From: a virus
Strand: one strand, 5' to 3'
IMG/VR virus record: IMGVR_UViG_3300025117_000031
Coordinates: 1-64,000 of that record
Length of the DNA stretch: 64,000 nt
Shown here: positions 47,804 through 56,921 of the stretch, one piece after another
Position numbering within the stretch: position 1 is the first letter of the stretch
How the letters are laid out: each line of letters begins with the position of its first letter
Position numbers and translations under genes: made by a program
The notes under the pieces: generated by a model
What the model was told of the DNA's origin: nothing
Seen by the model: the letters and a program-made list of their open reading frames with translations, nothing else
Databases searched by the model: none

Positions 47804-48190
47804 TCACAGAAGTTTTAAATGACCCGTAACTTTGTCTATATCTTCCGATTTATTTGGTCCTATTGCAATACAAGTTGAAGTAGGAACCCCGTGGAATTCT
47901 GTTGCTCCCGAGTCAACAATTAAAGAAACAGTTAAATTTGCTAGTCTTGCGTAATCATATATTTTCATTAGTTCTTCTTCTGAGTCTACAGATACAACAA
48001 TTTTCGTAAAAGAGCCATAAATCCACGCTCTTTCTTCTTCGGTCCATTGAATCCAATGAAGAGACGATTTGGTGTTTTGGATTTTGTCTGTCAAAAACTT
48101 AATAGAAGCGTGAGCGCCTTGCGCAATCATTTTACCGGCGCGCATGTGTAAATCTTTACGCATTACAATAACTTGTTTGATATCAGACAT
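47804..48190 (-). CDS. Peptidyl-tRNA hydrolase, Pth2 type
   Basis: KQVIVMRKDL, GKMIAQGAHAS, DSGATEF, IGP, VTGHLKLL. Confidence 0.92.
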   Translation of the reverse strand: MSDIKQVIVMRKDLHMRAGKMIAQGAHASIKFLTDKIQNTKSSLHWIQWTEEERAWIYGSFTKIVVSVDSEEELMKIYDYARLANLTVSLIVDSGATEFHGVPTSTCIAIGPNKSEDIDKVTGHLKLL

Positions 48191-49073
48191 TGTATTTCCC
48201 AATTATAGCTTTTATTTCGTCAATTGCCAGTTTCGCCGCATCTTGACGAACAATTGCGTTTTCCATTGTACCATAATGATGTTCGAGACAAGACAGAAGA
48301 AGAGTTTTAATTTTCTCTTCATCCGGCTCATAGGGAAGAGCTGTACTTTCTTCATATAGCTTTCGAAGATGGATTTCTCTATCAGAGAAGTATTTATCAA
48401 AATCTCCGTAATTCCACTCCCCTCTTCGAATAGACTTCAGTATTTCTTTGTCTCTTTGGATGTCCATCGTTCCTGTGGAAAGAAGCTGTTCACTTTCTCC
48501 AAGCAAACGAGTTAAATGATACATGTATTTTGGATCATATCCGTTCTCTTTAACCACAGAAGCCCTTTTTCCAGTCGGAGTTTTTGTTTGCATCTTGTGC
48601 AGTTGAGACTTGGCGTATCCTGTAAACTTATGATAAAGACCTTTGTGAATAAATAATTCTCTATTGTCTCGAATCATATTGCCGACAGAAGAAATATGCC
48701 TTATACAAGAGAGAGGTGTAAAGACCGAATCCAAAATGTTTGGGTTGCATTCGCTAAGCAGTTGAAAATATTTAACAATATTGAAAATAGATAGGTCATA
48801 TTCTTGTTTCTTTGCTTCATCGAAGATATGATATTCCTGGTATTGTTCAAATCTCTGGATTTGTTTCCCAAACCCATGAATTTCCCCAGCAAGATGAGGA
48901 AAAATCATTTCTTTTCTTGGGATACAAACACCATAAATATCCAAGTCCGAAGACTCTCCTGCAACTCCATAAGCAACAGAACCCATTTCGGTTTCATAAA
49001 TAATATTGTTTGGAAGCCAAGAGGGAGGGTTAATTAAGTTTTTGTCTTTTAGGATTTTAACGACGGATGACAT
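48183..49073 (-). CDS. Pol-beta superfamily nucleotidyltransferase (RlaP-like)
   Basis: GSVAYG...SDLDIYG, NPNILD, YDPKYMYHLTRL. Confidence 0.85.
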   Translation of the reverse strand: MSSVVKILKDKNLINPPSWLPNNIIYETEMGSVAYGVAGESSDLDIYGVCIPRKEMIFPHLAGEIHGFGKQIQRFEQYQEYHIFDEAKKQEYDLSIFNIVKYFQLLSECNPNILDSVFTPLSCIRHISSVGNMIRDNRELFIHKGLYHKFTGYAKSQLHKMQTKTPTGKRASVVKENGYDPKYMYHLTRLLGESEQLLSTGTMDIQRDKEILKSIRRGEWNYGDFDKYFSDREIHLRKLYEESTALPYEPDEEKIKTLLLSCLEHHYGTMENAIVRQDAAKLAIDEIKAIIGKYNV

Positions 49074-49117
49074 TTCTCCTCCAAGAGAAAATATTATTTA
49101 TTTTGTATTGAGAAGTT

Positions 49118-49190
49118 ACCTGCCCGTTGGATTCGAACCAACATCTTCCGCCCTGACTGCGGCTGTCCTACCACTTAGACGACGACAGGT
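49118..49190 (-). tRNA. Atypical tRNA-like gene, TCA in the anticodon position
   Basis: CCTGTC/GGCAGG acceptor with a mismatch; D arm; CCGC-AGTCAGG-GCGG; GTTGG-TTCGAAT-CCAAC; no U33. Confidence 0.55.
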
Positions 49191-49192
49191 TT

Positions 49193-49254
49193 TTGAGCAA
49201 GTTAATGTAGATGCGTCTTATATGGTTGGTGAGAACACATCCACTACGGCCCAA
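49193..49254 (-). ncRNA. Y RNA-like 4
   Basis: TTGGGC-CGTAG...GCTCAA terminal stem, internal loop, second stem GATGTGT/ACGCATC; directly after the Ro60 stop. Confidence 0.65.
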
Positions 49255-49261
49255 GGTTTTA

Positions 49262-50881
49262 TTACTCTCTTGCAAACCCCGAAATAACAGCCGGGGTATC
49301 AGCATCAAACCCAACGACATCCATCATACCAGAATCGTTGGGATCGGCAATTGTAAACCCAGTTGTAGACATACCGACAACAATTAGCTTTGCAGGAATT
49401 CCGCTCTTTCTACGGTAATCCCTCAGAGCTTGAACGGGTTGAATATTTCCTGCCCAAGTCTCGTTGTCTGTATACACAACAAACGTGTCGATCTCGAGAT
49501 TATTCTTCATCGCATAAATCATCGGCAGAGAACAGTCAGTTCCTCCAAAGTTTTGATTTCTAACTTTCGTGATAGCCGATTCCAAAGTGTCTCGCTTGCG
49601 AATATCGAGATCTTTAAAGCTATTAGCAAAGCCTCGGATAATCGACTCCCCTTCTGTTCTGCGAGTAACCATAGCCATAACGGCTGAAGCTACAGCACAG
49701 GAGACACTTGGAGCACCAGAAATAGGGCTGCTCATGGAGCCAGACACATCAATACCAAGCAAGAACCGTTTGTTTGCAGGCTCAATTGCCGAGAAAGAAA
49801 GATAAAAAGCGTCATCCAAAGAGTCCATGATGTCTTCGACAGTCTTCCAAGTCAAAGAGCCCTTTAGACCATGGCCAGTCTTATAGGTTTCGTGAGCAAT
49901 AAGAATAGCAAGAGGATGTAGCTTTGCCTTTCTAATTGCGTCTTCATTATGAAGAGCCTCAACAACCTTTTTAAGATTGTTCTTGTTCTTAAACAACTCC
50001 AAGCTAGACATCTTGCCAAGATTTCGGACCATAGCATTCAGAGGCATATTCTGTAGAAGTGCTTCCCAAACTGGGATTCTATTCAACATAGAAGTATTAA
50101 TTACTTCTCTTGGCAGAGAGAATTGCTCGATTAGGTCGACGATTTGGTCTTCGTTTGTGCTCGTTGAACACAGCTCTGCTGCAGCCAGACGGGCTAGCTC
50201 ACCATGCTGTTCAAGACGCACTTCGTCGGGCGAGACAATCCACTTGAACAAAGTGGAAATTGTATCCGACGAAGGAAGTGGATGCGACAAGCGGAGCAGA
50301 TCGCGATGCGACCAGCCGTCTCTTTGCTTATACTTCATAACTTGATACATCAGAGAATCAAGGTCTTTCTCCGAATACCACTTTGCAACTGCCTCGCGTA
50401 GCCCTCGACCCCAACCTCGGAAAGCTTCAACAAATTGCGCATAATGGAACAGATGCGTTCCAATACGGCAAACGTCGGGAATAGCCTGTAGAGCGGCCTT
50501 ACGCACAGAATTGTGTTTTGCAGCAGAAGCCATAGCAAGAGCAAAAATAGCAGGATCGTTTTTATGTGCCCTTCCTGCCGCACTGATTTCGACAATCTTC
50601 CGGACAACATTTAGACCATCGACTTCCTTTTTAAGAAGTCTTTCAACGCACTTGGCGTTTTTCTTAGTTAGCTGCTTTTCCGAGGCGTAAAAAGTACCAC
50701 CTTCGGAACCAAGAATAAGAAACCGTTCCAGACGATCCCAATCTGAAAGCTCAAAGCTGTATCCACCCGCAGAGTTCTGCACCATATTCTTACCAGGAAT
50801 AGGCTGCGATTGCGGGGTAACTAGTGTGGCATTCTTCTTTTCAACGGTTCTATTCGTCTTGACGTGAGCTGTGTAATCCAT
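49262..50881 (-). CDS. rsr: Ro60/Rsr TROVE-domain RNA-binding protein
   Basis: NSAGGY, RFLILGSEGGTFY, RGWGR, KYKQRDGWSHRDLLRLSHP, DVSGSM, GGTDCSLP, TDNET, GFD. Confidence 0.95.
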   Translation of the reverse strand: MDYTAHVKTNRTVEKKNATLVTPQSQPIPGKNMVQNSAGGYSFELSDWDRLERFLILGSEGGTFYASEKQLTKKNAKCVERLLKKEVDGLNVVRKIVEISAAGRAHKNDPAIFALAMASAAKHNSVRKAALQAIPDVCRIGTHLFHYAQFVEAFRGWGRGLREAVAKWYSEKDLDSLMYQVMKYKQRDGWSHRDLLRLSHPLPSSDTISTLFKWIVSPDEVRLEQHGELARLAAAELCSTSTNEDQIVDLIEQFSLPREVINTSMLNRIPVWEALLQNMPLNAMVRNLGKMSSLELFKNKNNLKKVVEALHNEDAIRKAKLHPLAILIAHETYKTGHGLKGSLTWKTVEDIMDSLDDAFYLSFSAIEPANKRFLLGIDVSGSMSSPISGAPSVSCAVASAVMAMVTRRTEGESIIRGFANSFKDLDIRKRDTLESAITKVRNQNFGGTDCSLPMIYAMKNNLEIDTFVVYTDNETWAGNIQPVQALRDYRRKSGIPAKLIVVGMSTTGFTIADPNDSGMMDVVGFDADTPAVISGFARE

Positions 50882-50913
50882 TTGTTCCTCCGGTTCGTTA
50901 TCGAACAAAACAC

Positions 50914-51043
50914 GCTCGTGGATAAAAATCGTCCTGGTTTAAAACCCGCTGCCTTACCACTTGGCCACAACCCGATTTCAGGTTGGCAGGAATCGAACCT
51001 GCGATCGCGGAACCAAGATAAACCAAAACTACGACCCACGAGC
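50914..51043 (-). ncRNA. YrlA-like Y RNA with a circularly permuted tRNA domain
   Basis: GCTCGTGG/CCACGAGC terminal stem; T arm GCAGG-TTCGATT-CCTGC, loop-closed acceptor CAACCTG-AAAT-CGGGTTG, then D arm GCC-AAGTGGTAA-GGC. Confidence 0.85.
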
Positions 51044-51052
51044 ACAATTTAA

Positions 51053-51167
51053 TCGGGCAAATTTAGGAGAGGAAGATTGTCCGCCTGGGCCACCGGGACA
51101 CGTCGGAATCGAACCGACTGGGCTTTTTTGCATTAGTAAAAAGATAATCCTCTTCCTTCCGGCCCGA
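51053..51167 (-). ncRNA. Y RNA-like 2 (with a T-arm)
   Basis: TCGGGC-CGGAAG...GCCCGA; GTCGG-TTCGATT-CCGAC. Confidence 0.65.
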
Positions 51168-51180
51168 AAATTAATAGCAT

Positions 51181-51240
51181 TAGGGCAAAAAATGAATTGG
51201 GTGTTTTTTCCAATAAAATAACCCAAGTTCTACGGCCCTA
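51181..51240 (-). ncRNA. Y RNA-like 3 (short)
   Basis: TAGGGC-CGTAG...GCCCTA; TTGGGT/ACCCAA; promoter TTGACA-N18-TAAGAT at 51295-51266. Confidence 0.65.
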
Positions 51241-51321
51241 AGTTCTTCGTTCGTTCTAGAAAAGCATCTTAGCACATTTCCGAAGCCCTTGTCAACTTTT
51301 TTTCATCGATCTGTTCTTTTT

Positions 51322-51394
51322 CTCCGGGGGCAGGGGTCGAACCTGCGACCAACGGTTTAACGGACCGCTGCTACCGCCTCTGAGCTACCCCGGA
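51322..51394 (-). tRNA. tRNA-Asn(GTT)
   Basis: TCCGGGG/CCCCGGA, GCGGT-CCGTTAA-ACCGT, GCAGG-TTCGACC-CCTGC; C at position 33. Confidence 0.8.
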
Positions 51395-51777
51395 CCATTT
51401 TCCCCTTCGCACCTACTATGTAGTTCACGATGGCAATTAGAACACAACAAAATGCACTTGTCAAGCTCTTTTAGAATCTTTTCCCAAGAAGCCCCAAGAT
51501 GTTTGGCCCCAAGCTCCATTACTTTTGTTGATTCATCTATATGATGGATGTCTAAAGCGGCTTGGCACTTATCATATCCACAGTTCGTGCACTTTCCGCC
51601 CAGCATCTTTATTATTTTTTTTCTTCTGTTGGCTCTAAAATTAGAATAGATATTAACAAGACACTTTTTACATCTGTATGTTTGCCCATGTCCATTAGAG
51701 CGCAATACAAAAGTTGTCATTCCATGACGCTTACATTCTTTTTCGGATTCTTTTGGAAGTTCTGTTACTTCAGCCAC
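51385..51777 (-). CDS. HNH endonuclease whose stop codon lies inside tRNA-Asn
   Basis: LGGKCTNCG, DIHHID, KCILLCSNCHRELH. Confidence 0.85.
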   Translation of the reverse strand: MAEVTELPKESEKECKRHGMTTFVLRSNGHGQTYRCKKCLVNIYSNFRANRRKKIIKMLGGKCTNCGYDKCQAALDIHHIDESTKVMELGAKHLGASWEKILKELDKCILLCSNCHRELHSRCEGENGPG

Positions 51778-52258
51778 AACACATCCGCGCAAGAACAAAA
51801 AATACAACAGAAATTATAATGGCTGCAAAGTTCATTGCTCTAAACAACCAAGGGTTTATCTTCAAATAAAATACAACTCTTGAAAAATCAGATAAACGAG
51901 AAACTCCAAGAGAATTTACGAACAAGTCTACAAAACCCGCACCCAATAAAATTGAAAAAACAATAAATGGATACCCAGACATAAATCCGGTCAGAGGGAA
52001 GAAAACAATAGCTATACAGTCCATAAAACGAGGAGCCATGGAGATTAAAAACTTTTCTCTCTCTGTCGGTTGCATCTTAAGATCATAAAAAACAGAAGCA
52101 TAACGAAATTGATTCATATATCTGTGTGGGAAAATCTTTAATCTATATCGTTCCACGCCAACAAGAACATGAGCCACCGCGATGTGACTCATCTCATGAA
52201 TATAAATCCACAAGAAATAAGAAAAAATACTACTTAACAATATCACAAAGATTTGCAT
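51770..52258 (-). CDS. Membrane zinc metallopeptidase-like protein
   Basis: IHEMSH, SMAP, transmembrane segments. Confidence 0.7.
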   Translation of the reverse strand: MQIFVILLSSIFSYFLWIYIHEMSHIAVAHVLVGVERYRLKIFPHRYMNQFRYASVFYDLKMQPTEREKFLISMAPRFMDCIAIVFFPLTGFMSGYPFIVFSILLGAGFVDLFVNSLGVSRLSDFSRVVFYLKINPWLFRAMNFAAIIISVVFFVLARMCCG

Positions 52259-53075
52259 TTTCTTTTCTTGGGTTTAAATAAAGCTGTTCTTCTGCTGCTT
52301 TATAACCCATTTGATAAAGAGCAACAACATCATTGATTTCAAGTCCAAAATCAAAAGGTTCATACGGAACGTTAATGTTTACAATAAGATCCGCATATTT
52401 GGGCTCTTCGTAAAGCATGGAAGAAACAGTATTTAAAATGTAGTCAAGACGAGAAGAAACTTTTTTTGGAATGCCTTCTCCAGAAAAGCGAATTCCTATT
52501 ACATCGTCTTCTTCATTAAAAATATCTGTGGCAAGATTTTGAGAAACCCCACCATCATTTAGAAGAAGTTTCTTTCCAGTTGGGTATTTTCCAGTTGGGT
52601 ATAAGGGGACTTCTACGGGAGCGAATAAAAAAGGAACAGCCGAAGACGCTTTAATCGCTGTAGAGATTTTAACTTCTGGAGAAGAGCCTTCAGAGAAGTA
52701 AAAAGGACGCTTTCCTTCTACATCATTTGCTACGATTATTAAGTTTTTCAATGACTTTCTAAACGTTTGAGCTGAAACTTTTGTCTTCTTTTCGATAATA
52801 TCTGCCATTTTATCAAGTGAAAGAAGACCAATACTTCGAGCAGGTTGCCAAAACTTTCTATTAAGAGCTAGAGTGTTCTTAGGAAGAACTTGTGTCGCTA
52901 GGGAAAGACATTCCGGTGTGGTCATCCCAGAAGCAAGGCAAGCTGCTACAATGGAGCCGCCAGACGTCCCAACAAAAGTGTCTGGAATAAACCGAAGTTT
53001 ATTCATGATATACTCCGCCGCCCCCAAATGAGCGGGGAACAACACACCAGAACCAGAAAAAACTAATCGCTTCAT
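52230..53075 (-). CDS. Patatin-like phospholipase
   Basis: FSGSG, GTSGG, ASSAVP, DGG. Confidence 0.9.
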   Translation of the reverse strand: MKRLVFSGSGVLFPAHLGAAEYIMNKLRFIPDTFVGTSGGSIVAACLASGMTTPECLSLATQVLPKNTLALNRKFWQPARSIGLLSLDKMADIIEKKTKVSAQTFRKSLKNLIIVANDVEGKRPFYFSEGSSPEVKISTAIKASSAVPFLFAPVEVPLYPTGKYPTGKKLLLNDGGVSQNLATDIFNEEDDVIGIRFSGEGIPKKVSSRLDYILNTVSSMLYEEPKYADLIVNINVPYEPFDFGLEINDVVALYQMGYKAAEEQLYLNPRKENANLCDIVK

Positions 53076-53087
53076 GTTAACTCCTGT

Positions 53088-53171
53088 GGCCAAGAGAGGG
53101 ATTCGAACCCCCGACGAGATTGCTCTTCCTGATTACGATTCAGGTGCCTTCGTCCACTAGGCTATCTTGGC
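53088..53171 (-). tRNA. tRNA-Thr(CGT) with a long variable arm
   Basis: GCCAAGA/TCTTGGC, CCTGA-ATCGTAA-TCAGG, variable stem GAG-CAAT-CTC, GGGGG-TTCGAAT-CCCTC. Confidence 0.8.
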
Positions 53172-53176
53172 GTACT

Positions 53177-53815
53177 TTAAATCTGTCTTTTCGTAAAATT
53201 ATTTGTACTCTCCGACCACTTCTTATGATGTTCGCTTGTTTCTGCTGTCCATCCATAAAGAAACCCAATTGATAAATTTGACATCTCGTAAAGAAAAGCA
53301 TTTCCTTTTACTTTGTTTCCGTACCAAGTAACGTCACTAGAAAGAAAACTTGTCCTTGTTAGTCCGTTAACATAAAATCTTCCAGTCGAACTATCGTATT
53401 CTCCCCTTGCTTCTTTTTCCAAGAGAATAGCTTTTTGTTCCTCTGGTGTTCTTTTAATCCCATAGACGTCAAGTCTTCTGTAATAATCTGGATCTTCAAT
53501 TGAAGGCCAGCTCTCCTGCTTTGGCCCCATCCTCGGAGTGTACCAGAAAACTCCGACACCTTTGTAATGTTCTTTTAGCTTTTCTTTTTGCAAAGAAGTT
53601 ATTACTTTGTCCAAATAAAGAGAGGCTATCCAGTTGTGTATTAAAGTTTCCCAGAACTCCGGCTTACAATCGTTTTTAATTTCTATCTTGTCGAAAACAA
53701 AAGTTATTCCGTTTTTTAACTGTACTGTTCTTTTAGACTTTAAATATCCTCTTAAGAGCGGAATTCCTAAAGTTAATGCCAAGACAACAAAGAAAAAAAT
53801 GATTGCTGGATGCAC
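53177..53815 (-). CDS. Hypothetical protein with an N-terminal TM segment
   Basis: 212-aa ORF. Confidence 0.65.
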   Translation of the reverse strand: MHPAIIFFFVVLALTLGIPLLRGYLKSKRTVQLKNGITFVFDKIEIKNDCKPEFWETLIHNWIASLYLDKVITSLQKEKLKEHYKGVGVFWYTPRMGPKQESWPSIEDPDYYRRLDVYGIKRTPEEQKAILLEKEARGEYDSSTGRFYVNGLTRTSFLSSDVTWYGNKVKGNAFLYEMSNLSIGFLYGWTAETSEHHKKWSESTNNFTKRQI

Positions 53816-53826
53816 ATAAGTCCCTC

Positions 53827-54672
53827 CTATTCTTTAATCCTTTCTTCTGCCACAAAGGGCAAACTGTCGCATTTAAACCCTGCAGCTCCTTTGTGACCGC
53901 CACCTCCATAAAAAGAAGCGACTTTGCTTACGTCAACATCTTTTTTTGGAGTGTACAAAGAAACATACCATTTGTTGTCCGCAGTATAAACAAAGTTACA
54001 CATTGCATCAAACTTTTCTTCATCCCAAACACTGTCAAAAAGTTGAGAAGTGTCTCGTCTATTACAAGCCACAAGACGAAGATTATTTAACGTTGTTGCA
54101 AAAGCATATTGTTTAATCATATCGAGTCGTTCTAAATCTTTATACGTCTGAATTAATTTACCTGTTTTATGAGCTTCTCTGAAATATTGGTTATCTTTGG
54201 ACGCTCTATATGTAAACAAGGCGTGCCAATCCTTCCTTTCATACTTATCAGCTTTGATAAAGTATTGAAATAATTCTACATCTTCGTGCCAAGAAAGGTC
54301 AAAAACATCGTAACGTCCGAGCAGACTTACACCGTAGGGAGTTTCTTCACCAGGAAAGAAATATTCCCAAGCTAATTCGCAAGCAGCTTTTCCGTTCATG
54401 CGAAGACCAAAGAAAGGACAATTCTTATATTTCTCTATTGCCGAAGAGTGATGGTCTATCCAAATAAAGTTTGTATTCTCTCTCAGCCAAAACATGTCTT
54501 CTTCGGGGAAGGAAAGGTCGACAAGAACAAAAGTTTCATTAGGAGTAACAGTATTTCTGTCGAAAGAATCCCCATAGTTCCAAGGAAATAACTCACAATC
54601 TGGATATCTGTACTTAACGATTTCAGACGAACAAATGCCATCAAAATCTACACCATGATAAAAACACTTCAT
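53827..54672 (-). CDS. DHH/DHHA1 phosphoesterase
   Basis: YH..DFDG, VDLS, IDHH, GGGGHKGAAGF. Confidence 0.92.
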   Translation of the reverse strand: MKCFYHGVDFDGICSSEIVKYRYPDCELFPWNYGDSFDRNTVTPNETFVLVDLSFPEEDMFWLRENTNFIWIDHHSSAIEKYKNCPFFGLRMNGKAACELAWEYFFPGEETPYGVSLLGRYDVFDLSWHEDVELFQYFIKADKYERKDWHALFTYRASKDNQYFREAHKTGKLIQTYKDLERLDMIKQYAFATTLNNLRLVACNRRDTSQLFDSVWDEEKFDAMCNFVYTADNKWYVSLYTPKKDVDVSKVASFYGGGGHKGAAGFKCDSLPFVAEERIKE

Positions 54673-54683
54673 TTTGCTATCCT

Positions 54684-55286
54684 TTACTCAGAAAAATAAA
54701 CGTCAAAGAATGTCTTTGCTTTTTTAGGAATTTCGAAAGAAGAAATAAACTTAGAAGGCATTGCATCAATTAAAGCTTTTGGATAATGTTTTTTAAGCGG
54801 AAACCCTACCTTATGCTCCATCATGTAAGTATAAGATAAAATATAGGCATTTGCTTCTTTTATATACTTCTCTAAATTCATATCTAGATTTCGTTCTATA
54901 AATATGTCTACAGTCATTTTTTCTGCGTCTAATTCAAGTTTTTGTATTAAGCATATGGCCTGTAAAAGTTTTCTTTTTGATAGCTTCTTTTCGTCATACA
55001 ACCACGCATAGAAGTCTATCAGACTTTGGTCTGCTCTTTCTAAAAATTTTGTATATTCTTTATTGGAAAACTCATATTGTAGAAAGTGAGAATATTCGTG
55101 TATAAAGCAAGACCTCCAAGAGAGCTTGGACGTTACAATTACTTTATCTTCTTGACAAAAATAAGCAGAAACTGGGGATTTATCCACGTAAATAAAGGTA
55201 GAATTCTTTTTTACGTGTTGGTAGCCTTTGCTTGCCAATACCTCCAGAGATTCGTTGTAGAAGTCATTAAATTTTCTATAATTCAC
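54684..55286 (-). CDS. HEXXH zincin-like protein
   Basis: IHEYSHFLQ, ELDAE. Confidence 0.65.
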   Translation of the reverse strand: MNYRKFNDFYNESLEVLASKGYQHVKKNSTFIYVDKSPVSAYFCQEDKVIVTSKLSWRSCFIHEYSHFLQYEFSNKEYTKFLERADQSLIDFYAWLYDEKKLSKRKLLQAICLIQKLELDAEKMTVDIFIERNLDMNLEKYIKEANAYILSYTYMMEHKVGFPLKKHYPKALIDAMPSKFISSFEIPKKAKTFFDVYFSE

Positions 55287-55382
55287 CCTCGTTTATGTCC
55301 TTAGAACGGCAGGCGTTACGAGATTTCTCCTTTCTTTTATCTTTAAACGATCCCGTTCTACGAAAATGGGCGTCAACAGCAA

Positions 55383-55982
55383 TTAAATTACGAGTTTTTC
55401 TAATCTTTCTCTTTCGCATTGAATTACGTCTACGATCTTTTTTCTTTCGTCCCACCCTAATCTAATTAGACCTTTGGAGGGACTATTGTACGTAGCAGCT
55501 AAAAGAATTCCTATTCCATTAGGATTCTTCGCTTTCCACTTAATAAGATTAGATTCTTTGTCGTCTATTAAAATATGGCAATTTGCATACTCTTTGTTTT
55601 CAGTTGGCAAGTATGCATGTTTAAAGGGAAAATTCTTTTTGAGCCATTCTCGTCTTACTGCTTCCCAATTTTTACAGCTAGTCCACGGAGAAGTAACCCA
55701 AACAATATTAGAGAACCCCTTGATTTCATTTATAAACTTAATAGATTCTGGGATGGCTGGAATGGTCTTCCAAAACTCCGGGGAAGACAAAAGATGAAAA
55801 AACCTCTTTTTTACGGTAGGGAGAAAATACTTCTCCATATGGAAGTCTTTAATATCTTCTCTTTTGGGGAGAACAGAAAACTCTTTGGAGAGTAGGTTTA
55901 AAGTGTGGCCGACAAAATCGCCAACTACCCCATCGACATCAACTCCTACGTCAATCATAAAAACCTCGATTTTTGGCATCAT
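55383..55982 (-). CDS. 5'(3')-deoxyribonucleotidase (HAD family)
   Basis: DVDGVVGDF, VTSP, LIDDK. Confidence 0.88.
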   Translation of the reverse strand: MMPKIEVFMIDVGVDVDGVVGDFVGHTLNLLSKEFSVLPKREDIKDFHMEKYFLPTVKKRFFHLLSSPEFWKTIPAIPESIKFINEIKGFSNIVWVTSPWTSCKNWEAVRREWLKKNFPFKHAYLPTENKEYANCHILIDDKESNLIKWKAKNPNGIGILLAATYNSPSKGLIRLGWDERKKIVDVIQCERERLEKLVI

Positions 55983-56001
55983 ATCATAGAAAGAGGAAAA
56001 G

Positions 56002-56913
56002 TCAAGAAGAAAGTTGATTTACTACCGGATAGGACATGGCTGTTTTTACAATTCCTTCTTCGAAGGGAGTGAAATCAAAATGTCCCAATAAATCAAGAAG
56101 TCTTTTATTACTTCCATCTTTTCTATATTGGCCATCTAGTTTTCGATTGAAAAAATACTTCTTTTCTCCAATGTGCTTGCCAAGTTGTTTCATAGCTATT
56201 TCGATCATTTCATGAATGTGAAAATTTTCTTTTGGGGCAACAATAATGGGAGAGTTAGAGTTGTGTTTTTCCAAAAGAATGGGGATAATTTTAACTAAGT
56301 CCTCAACATAAAGGAATTGTCTCATTGGTCGACCTGTTCCCCAGAACTCTAAATTCTTTTCCTTTGAAAACAGTTTTGTTATTAATGCAGCAACAAAGTG
56401 TGAATCTTCTTTGTTAAAATGGTCGCCAGGACCATAAAGATTCGAAGGACAAAAGGTAGAATAATTTAAACCATATTGGTTCCTGTAGGCCACACATTGA
56501 ACGTGAAGCAACCTTTTGGAATACCCATAAGAAAAGTTTGTTTCTGCAGGAGGACCAGAGAAAATGTCCTCTTCTTTAAAGGGATATTTCTCTAGAACAT
56601 CAGGAAAGGCACAGGTGGAAAGAGAACACAACATTCTTTTAATTCCATGCGTATGGGCAGAATGCACAAGATTTGTGTTCATTGTTACGTTTTTGTAGAA
56701 ATATTCGGCTTGTTTTTCGGAATTGTCTTTAATTCCGCCCACTTTGGCGGCAAGATGCAAGATCGCGTCTGGCTTCTTTTCTTCTATCATCCTGTCACAT
56801 TCGCTCAAAGAGACAAGATTATACTCGGAGGAGGAAACATAATCCCATTCCGGACGAGAAAGACGAAGGTTTTTGCCAAGAAACCCAGAACCACCTGTTA
56901 CTAAAACTTTCAT
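56002..56913 (-). CDS. GDP-L-fucose synthase-like epimerase/reductase
   Basis: TGGSGFLG, LAAKVGGI, YGYSK, NLYGPGD, WGTGRPMRQFLYVEDL. Confidence 0.9.
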   Translation of the reverse strand: MKVLVTGGSGFLGKNLRLSRPEWDYVSSSEYNLVSLSECDRMIEEKKPDAILHLAAKVGGIKDNSEKQAEYFYKNVTMNTNLVHSAHTHGIKRMLCSLSTCAFPDVLEKYPFKEEDIFSGPPAETNFSYGYSKRLLHVQCVAYRNQYGLNYSTFCPSNLYGPGDHFNKEDSHFVAALITKLFSKEKNLEFWGTGRPMRQFLYVEDLVKIIPILLEKHNSNSPIIVAPKENFHIHEMIEIAMKQLGKHIGEKKYFFNRKLDGQYRKDGSNKRLLDLLGHFDFTPFEEGIVKTAMSYPVVNQLSS

Positions 56914-56921
56914 TTGAACCT

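Noticed and set aside
52574-52602. 15-bp duplication in patatin (YPTGK x2), like the duplications at 29727 and 38607
   Set aside because: Ordinary in-frame slippage; no evidence of a system
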